From positions 5,515-69,514 of the forward strand of contig JBJEWF010000028.1 of the NCBI GenBank assembly GCA_051884915.1: a DNA stretch of 64,000 nucleotides. The letters are read 5' to 3'. A program made the position numbers and the translations under genes. Shown piece by piece: positions 44,127 through 51,988 of this stretch (position 1 is its first letter; every line of letters begins with the position of its first letter). The notes below the pieces were generated by a model. The model was not told the DNA's origin. It saw only the letters and a list, made by a program, of their open reading frames with translations, and ran no database searches. The stretch is from Kiritimatiellia bacterium. Lineage in GTDB: Bacteria > Verrucomicrobiota > Kiritimatiellia > RFP12 > UBA1067.

Positions 44127-45887
44127 TTACTTGTCTTCGCCCGGCTGCCATTCGACAGACTGGAAGGCGTCCGCAAACGCGGAGCCGAAGGAACCCAGCG
44201 ACTCGCCGCCCTTCGGCGCGCTCGTCATCGAGCCGGCGGAGTCGGCCGAATCCGCCTCAAGGGCCCGGATTTCGTCCTCGGTCATGTTCATCGCGCGAAT
44301 CGACAGACCGATGCGGCGCTCGCCGCGATCGACCTTGACCACGCGGGCCTCGACCTCGTCGCCGACGCTGAGCACGTCCTTGACCTTCTCGACGCGCTGG
44401 TCGGAGATCTGGGAGATGTGGACGAGACCGTCGACGCCATCCTCCAGCTCGATGAACGCGCCGAAGGACGCCGTCTTGGAAACCTTGCCCTTGACGACGG
44501 AGCCGATCGCGTACTTCGAGGAGATTTCGGACCACGGATCGGGCTGGGCCTGCTTGAGGCCGAGGGAAATCCGCTGCTCCTTGGGTTCGACCGCGAGAAC
44601 GACCGCTTCGACCTCCTGGCCCTTCTTGAGGCAGTCGGCCGGATTCTGCGGACGCCGCGTCCAGGAGATGTCCGTCACGTGGATCATGCCGTCGATGCCC
44701 TCTTCAAGCTCGACGAACGCGCCATACTGCGTGAAGTTGCGGACCTTGCCCTTGACCCGGCTGCCGACCGGATAGCGGTCCTGGACCGTGTCCCACGGAT
44801 TGTCCTGCGTCTGGCGGATGCCGAGCGCGATCTTCTGGTTCTCGGCGTCGACGGACAGGACGGCGACCTGGATCTCGTCGCCGACGCTGAGCATGTCGCT
44901 CGCCCGCGCCACGCGCTTCGTCCAGCTGAATTCGCTGATGTGCACGAGGCCTTCGATGCCGGGGGCGATTTCGACGAACGCGCCGTAGGCGGCCAGGTTC
45001 ACGACCTTGCCCGTCACGCGGCTGCCGACCGGGAACTGCTCGGAAATCGAGTTCCAGGGGTTCTCCGTCGTCTGCTTGAGGCCGAGGGAGATGCGCTCCT
45101 TTTCGCGGTCCACGTCGAGCACCATCACGTCGAGCTCCTGGCCGACCTTGAGCATTTCGCTCGGGTGCTTGATGCGGCCCCAGCTCATGTCCGTGATGTG
45201 GAGGAGGCCGTCGATGCCGTCGAGGTCGATGAACGCGCCGAAATCGGTGATGTTCTTCACGCGGCCCTTGCGCACTTCGCCCTTCTGGAGGGAGGCCAGC
45301 AGATTGGCCTTCTTCTCGGCCATCGTGCCCTCGATGAGTTCGCGGCGGCTGACGATGATGTTCTTGCGCTCGGGCGAGATCTTGATGACCTTGAAGTCGT
45401 AGGTCTGGCCGATGTACGGCGCGAGGTCGCGGACCGGCGTGACGTCGACCTGCGAACCGGGAAGGAACGCCTCGACGCCGTCGATGTTGACGATGAGGCC
45501 GCCGCGCACGACGCTGCCGACCGTGCCGGTGACCACGTCGTCCTGATGATAGCGCTCCAGCACCTTCTGCCAGCGGATCTGGTCGTCGGCCGCCTTCTTC
45601 GACAGGCGGGGAAGATTGGTCTTGTCGTTCTCGAGTTCCAGCAGCATCACGGAAATCTTGGCGCCGACCTGCGCCTCGGCGGGATCCGCGAACTCGTCGA
45701 TCTTGACGATGCCCTCGGCCTTGGCGTTGATGTCGACGAACACGTCGTCGCCATTGACCTGGGAGATGGTTCCTTCGATGATGGAACCCGGCTTGAAGGA
45801 AACGTCCTGCATCTGCTCCTGGGCAGCGAGGAATTCCGCAAAAGCGGCTGACTTCTCAGCCTTCGGCATCGGTTTACGAATAGCCAT
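44127..45887 (-). CDS. rpsA: 30S ribosomal protein S1 (six S1 domains)
   Basis: Trimmed to the ATG at 45887 (MAIRKPMPKAEKS...). Repeated S1 motifs of the G.V..I...GAFV....GL.H.S type. Confidence 0.93.
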   Translation of the reverse strand: MAIRKPMPKAEKSAAFAEFLAAQEQMQDVSFKPGSIIEGTISQVNGDDVFVDINAKAEGIVKIDEFADPAEAQVGAKISVMLLELENDKTNLPRLSKKAADDQIRWQKVLERYHQDDVVTGTVGSVVRGGLIVNIDGVEAFLPGSQVDVTPVRDLAPYIGQTYDFKVIKISPERKNIIVSRRELIEGTMAEKKANLLASLQKGEVRKGRVKNITDFGAFIDLDGIDGLLHITDMSWGRIKHPSEMLKVGQELDVMVLDVDREKERISLGLKQTTENPWNSISEQFPVGSRVTGKVVNLAAYGAFVEIAPGIEGLVHISEFSWTKRVARASDMLSVGDEIQVAVLSVDAENQKIALGIRQTQDNPWDTVQDRYPVGSRVKGKVRNFTQYGAFVELEEGIDGMIHVTDISWTRRPQNPADCLKKGQEVEAVVLAVEPKEQRISLGLKQAQPDPWSEISSKYAIGSVVKGKVSKTASFGAFIELEDGVDGLVHISQISDQRVEKVKDVLSVGDEVEARVVKVDRGERRIGLSIRAMNMTEDEIRALEADSADSAGSMTSAPKGGESLGSFGSAFADAFQSVEWQPGEDK

Positions 45888-45967
45888 GAATCTGAATCTT
45901 TGTTTTGGTTTGTTTCTGGGCGCGGTTTTCTGCCGCGACTTCCCCGTTAGTGGGCGAAGATTTTGAC

Positions 45968-45976
45968 AGTATATCA
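45968..45976 (-). promoter_or_regulatory. Extended -10 box TGATATACT upstream of rpsA
   Basis: Minus strand reads CCATTTTTTTGA TATACT. No good -35. The predicted leader is about 80 nt. Confidence 0.35.
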
Positions 45977-46037
45977 AAAAAATGGCGACGCGTGGAACCG
46001 AAACCGGAAAAAATGCGTTTTCGGTTTTCCCGTCGCC
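45976..46037 (-). terminator. Compound hairpin plus U7 tract downstream of the giant PATR gene
   Basis: Minus strand reads GGCGACG ... CGTCGCC (7-bp outer stem), an inner GGAA(AA)CCGAAA / TTTCGGTTCC stem, then ATTTTTTT. Confidence 0.45.
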
Positions 46038-46128
46038 GGCGCGGCCGGCGGCCGGCCGCCCGTTTCGCGCGCGGCCCCGGCCGGCGCGCGGCGGCTTCAT
46101 GCGGGGACGGATGACGCCCGTCCGGGCG

Positions 46129-49100
46129 TCACCGCAGATAGAGCATCGTGCCGGAGAGGCCTTTGAGGACCAGGGCGTTCGCCGCCGCGTCGACGGCAAT
46201 CGCCGCGCCGGCGGAGGACTCGGCCGCGCGCGTCCAGGCGGGCGCGCCCGTCAGCGTCGCCGCGCGCAGGATCTCCGTGCGGCGCACCGTCACCTCCTCG
46301 GGGCGCGCGACCGAATAGAGGAGCGCGGACGGCAGCGACAGCGAGCCCAGCACCGTCAGCGTGTCCGCATGGCCCGATTCGTCAACCGTCGCGCCGACGA
46401 CCGCGTTCTCCGCGAACACGAGATTCGTCACCGTCACGCCCCGGAAGTTCGCGGCGTTCCATTCGCCGCCCGCCGCCACGGCGACGTCGCCGAGAACGAC
46501 GTCGTCCGCCGCCGCCGTCGCCACGCCGCGCACCGTCACGCCCCGGCCCTCGACGACGACGTGCGCCGCGTAGGCGGGAATGCCCGCATCGACCGTGAAC
46601 GACGTGTCCGCGCCCCGCATCGTGAGCGTGCCGAGCAAAATCCGGTTCGCGGCGTTCGTCGGCATCCACTTGTCCGCCAGGTAGCGCTGCGTCGCGCGCA
46701 CCTCGGCGTCCGTCAGGCGGTTCGTGTAGATCAGGATCTCCGCCAGGTCCTGCCCGCCGTTGAGCCGTCCGTCGGTGGCGTTGTAGCACGAGGCCAGCCA
46801 GAGGGCGCACGGCGTGAGATTGGCGGCGTCGTCGGCTTCGGAAAGCCGCCACGAGACGAGATCCCAGGCGCCGCCCAGACCCGTCTTCGTGCCATCCACC
46901 TCCATGCCGTTGATCCAGGTGGTGCCGCCCTTCACCAGTCCGTCGCGATCCCTCGCCTCGTCCCAGAGGGGGTCGGACGCGACGGCGCCAAAGGTGGTGT
47001 CCGCCCCTTGTCCGCGATGGAAGCAGCGTTTGCCGTTGGACTGCTGCGAGTCGCCCAGCAGAAAGCCGCCGCCGTTGCGACTGCCGACCATCCAGAACAC
47101 GGTGCGGATGTTGGTCTGCAGCGCGTTGAACTGCAGCATGCGGTCGTCGCCCGCCCGCTGCTTGTTCGAATCCGCCATCACGCCGAAATCGACGAACGGC
47201 CGCCCGTCGAAACCCGTCGCGTTGTAGAGGGGGTATTTCCGGACGTAATCCGCGTAGACCGGAGCGCCGCTCCGGCGGTCGGACCATCGGGAGATGGACG
47301 TGCCGCTCTTCGTGAAGGAGGACTCCACCGACGCGTCCAGCCACACCGCCGGCACGCCCGCGGGCTGCAGTTTTCCGCCCGGCGCCACCTGCACGCCACC
47401 CGCCGCCACCGTGAGATCGAACGCCGAACCCGCAATGGACGAGACGACGAGCGTGCCGTCCCCCGTCTTCTTCGCCGCCGCGCCCCCGAGAGACGGGAAC
47501 GACGCCGTGCCGGCAACCACCCCGATCGACCCCGTCTCGACCGTCACGGACTCGTTGGCGAGCGCGACGCCGCCGGCCAGTTCGAGATTGGCGCCGGCGA
47601 GCGCGAGCGTCCCCGTCCAGTCCGGCATGGACGCCGTGGCGCGGAGCGTGCCGTCCTTCCCCGTCACCGCAAGCGAACCCGCGCCCGTCCACACAGGGCC
47701 CAGCGTCACGCCATACGCCCCGATCTCAAGCGTGTTCGTGCCGCGCAGTTCGCACGAAATCCCCTCGCCGACCAGCGTGAGATCCGCCGCCGCCGTCACG
47801 GCGGCGTCCTCGAACCGGACGGAGGAGAACGTAGTGCCGTTGTTGCTGGTCAGGCCCTTCGAGGTCACGAACACCCCGCCCACGACTTCGACGGACGCGG
47901 TCGCCGTCGGAGCGTAGGCGACGTAGAACGGCTGGCGGCTCCCGTATTTGAAGACGCCGCCCGCGGCGACCCGAAGGCGTCCCACGGCGCAGTTTCCCTG
48001 CCCCAGCGAGATGTGGAATCCCTCTTCGAACTCCACCTCGCCGCCCGGCCCCACCTCGAAAACGCTCTCGACGCCCGAAGCGGTCCCCACGTGCAGACCG
48101 CGGCCGGTGGTCGTGCGCTTCGCCAGCACTTTCGCCCCGTCGCGCACGATGAGCTGCCGGCCGTTGCCCTCCACGCCGAAATAGGCGCTGAACGTGAAAT
48201 CGTTCTTCTCGATCGCCGCGCTGCCGCCCTGGACGAAGAGCTCGGAACTGTCGACCGGAAATTCGCCGCCGCCCGCGAACACGAGCAGTCCCGGACCGGA
48301 CGGACGGCATTTGCCGTTGTTGTTCGTGTACTTCCCGGCCAGCGTCGCCGTCTTGCCGGCCGCCACCGCGAGTATGGTCGCCGCCGTCTGGGTGATGGGG
48401 ACCTGCAGCGTCGTGTCCGCATCGAAGCGCAACGTGCCGCCGGCCAGCGTGAGCGGCGTCGCCAAACCGCCGCCGTCCGAAATGACGAGCGTGCCCGCGC
48501 TCTCCGTCTTCAGGGCCGTCGTCACGATGCCGCCGGCCGCAATCCGCATCGTTCCCGCGCCCAGCGCCAGTTCGCTCCAGCCGAAGGTGCCGCCGTTCGT
48601 CACGCAGATCGTGCCCGCCGCGGCGAGCGTCAGCTCGCCCGCGCCCAGCGACGCCCCGTTCTCCGCCTGCAGCGTGCCGCCCCACACCTCGAACGAGTTC
48701 CGCAGCACCGTGCCCGATCCCGTCGCGGTGAACAGTCCGTTCGACACCACCACCGTGTTCGCGCCCGCGGCGCCCGTCACGCGCAGCGTGCCGCCCAGCA
48801 CGAAGATGCGTCCCGCAAAGTCCTCCGCGCCGGCGAGTTCAAGCGTGCCGTCGCCCTCCTTGTAGAAGTCGCCCTCGCCCGTCAGCGCCGTCACGGAGAA
48901 CGTCCGCCCCTCCGCCACCGCCAGACACGGCGGCAGACCGGACGAAGCGGACGTGTCGACGGCCGCGGAGGAGCCGTCCGCAAAGGCGACGCACCGCGTG
49001 CCGCCGACCTTCGACGCGTCGTAGTTCTCCGTCGTGTCGAACTGGACGATGCCGGAGCCGGACGTTTCGACCACGCACCCCTCGGGAATCGCGGCCGGCG

Positions 49101-50625
49101 AAGCCAGCAGCAGCACGCCGTTCGTGACCGCGATCGTCGAACCGGAATAGTCCCCGAGCGAATCGATCCGCACGTCGCCGGGCGAGGCCCAGGCCCATTC
49201 CGTCCCCTTCAGCGAAGAAAGGCGGAGCAGTCCGCCCTTCTCCGCGCCCAGGGACAGGGCGGACGAAGACGCGTCCAACGTCTGGACCGTGAGCGCCGTC
49301 CCCGCGCCCGCCCAGACGCTTCCGGCGGCCTCGGACCCCAGCCGTGACACGACATCCGTCTCGAAGCTGGCGTCGTCCAGCACCGTCCAGACCGCGTCCG
49401 CCAGCGGAACGACCTCGCCGCCGGCCGTCGCGTCGAGTCCCGCCCGCAGCGAACCCGCCGAGACGACCACCTGCCCGCTGAATTCCGTCGCCGAGCCGGC
49501 GAGCGTCAGCTCGCCCGCCGTCCGCTTCTCGAAGGTTCCCGCACCCGCGAACGCATTCGGCAGCGTGCCGGACGCCGGCAGCACGACCGTCGTCCCGTCC
49601 GCCGCCGTCACCGGGCCCGTGCCCGCCGCGCTTGCGCCTGCAATCTCCAGCGTGCCCGCCTTCACGTCCACGCCACCCGTGAACGTCCGCTGCCCGGAGA
49701 CCAGCGTCATCTTCCCGGGGCCGGTCTTCACGAACGCCGCGGACACGTCGCTCCCCTCCACGCCGCCCGCGGAGAACTGGAGTTCGCACCCCTCCGCGAC
49801 CTCGAAGGTCATGCTGGAGATGGTCAGTTCCGGGCTTGCCGAACCGGCAATCTGGGACGGGCTGCCCTCCGTCTGCGTGCCGTCCACGACGATGCGCGGA
49901 ATGCCGAGATACTGCTTGAACCCGTAGTCGGAGAGGGTGATGCTCGCGCCGTTCCGCAAATAGAGCGTCGAGGCCAGCATGCCGTCGGTGCAGTTCTTCC
50001 CGTCATGCATCCCGCCGAAACTCGCGCGCGAACCGGTGCCATCCAGAATCAGAGCGGGACTGCCGAGTTTCGCCGACGAGTCGCTCGCCATGGAGAGGAT
50101 GGCCGGCGCGGTGACGCGGATGGTCGTCGTGTCGGGCAGTTCCGCCTTCGCATTCCAGCGCAGAACCGTGCGTCCCGTGACCGTGAGCGTCACGCCCTCT
50201 TCCGTCGTGAGGGAACGATTCCCGTCCAGACAGATGAGCGGCGACAACTCAGTCGTCACGGTGTGCCAGGTCTGATCCACCGCGAGGTGGATTCCGCCGC
50301 TGTTGCTGAAGTTGATTTCGCCCTTGCCGCAGTTGACGATGCCGCCCTTGCCCAGAGTGAGCGCACCCGCGCCGGTCAGCGTCCGTTTGGTGGTTGTGGT
50401 CCACTCGATGCCCTCCGCGCTCACGTCGCCGGGCAGGGTGATGCGCACGTCGCCCAGCACGGCGGTCGCGCCATCGCTCCACGTCACGGTGGCGCCGCTC
50501 TCGTCCTGCCACACGTCCGCGTCGAGCCAACTGCCGCCATCGACCCCGATGTAGGTCAACTGCGCGGCATCCAAGGGCATCGCGGCCAGCATCATGGCGC
50601 CCAGCAACAGATTCCCCAACTTCAT
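46129..50625 (-). CDS. Giant exported protein with autotransporter-associated beta-strand (PATR) repeats and a LamG/concanavalin-like domain
   Basis: Trimmed to the ATG at 50625 (MKLGNLLLGAMMLAAMPLDAAQ, a signal peptide). PATR-like units such as KTGPGKMTLVSGQRTFTGGVDVKAGTLEIAG and KEGDGTLELAGAEDFAGRIFVLGGTLRV. LamG-like block ...VFWMVGSRNGGGFLLGD...AEILIYTNRLTDAE. No C-terminal autotransporter barrel recognised. Confidence 0.85.
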   Translation of the reverse strand: MKLGNLLLGAMMLAAMPLDAAQLTYIGVDGGSWLDADVWQDESGATVTWSDGATAVLGDVRITLPGDVSAEGIEWTTTTKRTLTGAGALTLGKGGIVNCGKGEINFSNSGGIHLAVDQTWHTVTTELSPLICLDGNRSLTTEEGVTLTVTGRTVLRWNAKAELPDTTTIRVTAPAILSMASDSSAKLGSPALILDGTGSRASFGGMHDGKNCTDGMLASTLYLRNGASITLSDYGFKQYLGIPRIVVDGTQTEGSPSQIAGSASPELTISSMTFEVAEGCELQFSAGGVEGSDVSAAFVKTGPGKMTLVSGQRTFTGGVDVKAGTLEIAGASAAGTGPVTAADGTTVVLPASGTLPNAFAGAGTFEKRTAGELTLAGSATEFSGQVVVSAGSLRAGLDATAGGEVVPLADAVWTVLDDASFETDVVSRLGSEAAGSVWAGAGTALTVQTLDASSSALSLGAEKGGLLRLSSLKGTEWAWASPGDVRIDSLGDYSGSTIAVTNGVLLLASPAAIPEGCVVETSGSGIVQFDTTENYDASKVGGTRCVAFADGSSAAVDTSASSGLPPCLAVAEGRTFSVTALTGEGDFYKEGDGTLELAGAEDFAGRIFVLGGTLRVTGAAGANTVVVSNGLFTATGSGTVLRNSFEVWGGTLQAENGASLGAGELTLAAAGTICVTNGGTFGWSELALGAGTMRIAAGGIVTTALKTESAGTLVISDGGGLATPLTLAGGTLRFDADTTLQVPITQTAATILAVAAGKTATLAGKYTNNNGKCRPSGPGLLVFAGGGEFPVDSSELFVQGGSAAIEKNDFTFSAYFGVEGNGRQLIVRDGAKVLAKRTTTGRGLHVGTASGVESVFEVGPGGEVEFEEGFHISLGQGNCAVGRLRVAAGGVFKYGSRQPFYVAYAPTATASVEVVGGVFVTSKGLTSNNGTTFSSVRFEDAAVTAAADLTLVGEGISCELRGTNTLEIGAYGVTLGPVWTGAGSLAVTGKDGTLRATASMPDWTGTLALAGANLELAGGVALANESVTVETGSIGVVAGTASFPSLGGAAAKKTGDGTLVVSSIAGSAFDLTVAAGGVQVAPGGKLQPAGVPAVWLDASVESSFTKSGTSISRWSDRRSGAPVYADYVRKYPLYNATGFDGRPFVDFGVMADSNKQRAGDDRMLQFNALQTNIRTVFWMVGSRNGGGFLLGDSQQSNGKRCFHRGQGADTTFGAVASDPLWDEARDRDGLVKGGTTWINGMEVDGTKTGLGGAWDLVSWRLSEADDAANLTPCALWLASCYNATDGRLNGGQDLAEILIYTNRLTDAEVRATQRYLADKWMPTNAANRILLGTLTMRGADTSFTVDAGIPAYAAHVVVEGRGVTVRGVATAAADDVVLGDVAVAAGGEWNAANFRGVTVTNLVFAENAVVGATVDESGHADTLTVLGSLSLPSALLYSVARPEEVTVRRTEILRAATLTGAPAWTRAAESSAGAAIAVDAAANALVLKGLSGTMLYLR

Positions 50626-50710
50626 GTTCGTCTGCTCCACCTTCTGCCTCCTACCTTTTGCCGTCGGGAAGTCTGCCCGCCGTTCGCGCACAAAACCCCC
50701 AGCGATTCAA

Positions 50711-50739
50711 ATTTTGCCACATATCGGACGCCGAATCAA
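50711..50739 (-). promoter_or_regulatory. Candidate promoter TTGATT-N17-CAAAAT with TGG extended -10, upstream of the giant gene
   Basis: Minus strand reads TTGATT CGGCGTCCGATATGTGG CAAAAT. The predicted leader is about 80 nt. Confidence 0.35.
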
Positions 50740-50775
50740 GAAAAACACGAAAAATATCCTGTAAATCAAGATCAT

Positions 50776-50788
50776 CCCCCCCCCCCCC
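50776..50788. repeat. Homopolymer: 13 consecutive C (poly-G on the coding strand) in an AT-rich intergenic region
   Basis: Read directly: atcat ccccc cccccccc ga. It lies 37 nt upstream of the candidate -35 and about 150 nt upstream of the giant gene's ATG. Confidence 0.95.
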
Positions 50789-50863
50789 GACAGATAAAAT
50801 CTAGAATTAAAATCGAGAATCCGCCGGGACCGAAGGCGTCCGCGCATCATGATCCGCCCCCGT

Positions 50864-51967
50864 TCAGATCCGTTCCAGCCGATAGGCGCGCGTGCCGAGT
50901 TTCATGCGCGCGCCTTCGGCGACGGCATCCTGCCAGCGGGTGGCGGGATGCATCGTGGTGAACAGATCGCCCTTCGTGTCCCTGCCGGCCAGACAGCAGT
51001 TCGGCAGAAGGGGCGCGGCATTGCAGAGGTCGGCGCACGCCTGGTCGATGGCGACCGGATCGAACGACGCCGCGATGCCGATGTCGCCGATCAGCGGAAC
51101 GTCGTTCATGGGATGGCAGTCGCAGTGCGGCGAGACGTCGCAGATGAACGACACGTGGAACGAGGGCTTGCCGCGGACGACGGCGGCCGCATACTCGGCG
51201 ATCTTGCCGTGCATGACCGTGCAGGGCTCGCCGAAATCGCTCTGGATGGCGTCGCGGTTGCAGGCGCCGATGCAGCGCCCGCATCCCACGCATCTGCCGG
51301 GGTCGATGGCGGCCTTGCGGTTCTTGACCGTGCAGGCGCCGTGCGCGCATTCGCGCGTGCACGCGCCGCAGCCGATGCAGAGTTCCGCGTTGACCTGGGG
51401 ATGGACGGACGAGTGCATGGCCTTCTTGCCCGCGCGGGACCCGCCGCCCATGCCGAGGTTCTTGAGCGCCCCGCCGATTCCCGTCATTTCATGGCACTTG
51501 ACGTGGGTGAGCGAGATCACGGCGTCGGCGTCCACCAGCGCGCGGCCGATGTAGGCCTCCTTCACGTACTTGCCGTCCGGCACCGGCACGGCCACGTCGT
51601 CCGTTCCCTTCAGGCCATCCGCAATCAGAATGTGGCAGCCCGTCTGGAACGGCGAAAACCCGTTTTCATACGCCGCCGCCAGATGGTCGAGCGCGTTCTT
51701 CCGCCGCCCCACGTAGAGCGTGTTGGCGTCGGTCAGGAACGGGAGACCGCCGCGGGACCTGACGAAATCGACCAGCGTCTTCGCCCAGTTCGGCCGCAGA
51801 TAGGCCAGACACCCCGGTTCGCCGAAGTGCGTTTTGACGGCCACGTACTTGTCCGCCAGATCCAGGTCGCCCAGTCCCGCCGTTTTCAGCAGGCGCGTGA
51901 ACTTCTGCTGGAGATTCTCGGCGTCCGAACAGCGGAAGTCGGCGAAGTAGACAGTCGATTTTTCCAT
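50864..51967 (-). CDS. DUF362-type protein with inserted 2x[4Fe-4S] ferredoxin domain
   Basis: MEKSTVYFADFR...VAVKTHFGE is a DUF362-like N-terminus. CIGCGACTREC and CVGCGRCIGAC motifs. Confidence 0.75.
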   Translation of the reverse strand: MEKSTVYFADFRCSDAENLQQKFTRLLKTAGLGDLDLADKYVAVKTHFGEPGCLAYLRPNWAKTLVDFVRSRGGLPFLTDANTLYVGRRKNALDHLAAAYENGFSPFQTGCHILIADGLKGTDDVAVPVPDGKYVKEAYIGRALVDADAVISLTHVKCHEMTGIGGALKNLGMGGGSRAGKKAMHSSVHPQVNAELCIGCGACTRECAHGACTVKNRKAAIDPGRCVGCGRCIGACNRDAIQSDFGEPCTVMHGKIAEYAAAVVRGKPSFHVSFICDVSPHCDCHPMNDVPLIGDIGIAASFDPVAIDQACADLCNAAPLLPNCCLAGRDTKGDLFTTMHPATRWQDAVAEGARMKLGTRAYRLERI

Positions 51968-51988
51968 CTCGGCGTTCCTGTCGGGTGT

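Noticed and set aside
45982-49347. 1121-aa plus-strand ORF opposite the giant PATR gene. The same pattern applies to 40004..42676, 43743..45851, 50849..53833 and 54229..56529.
   Set aside because: Same shadow-ORF signature: Arg/Ala/Gly/His-rich with no domains. Each mirrors a minus-strand gene that has clear family motifs.
50795-50825. Plus-strand TAGAAT and GAGAAT hexamers in the AT-rich intergenic island, as promoters of a divergent gene
   Set aside because: No credible plus-strand gene or RNA lies downstream. The next 13 kb on the plus strand is antisense to well-supported genes.
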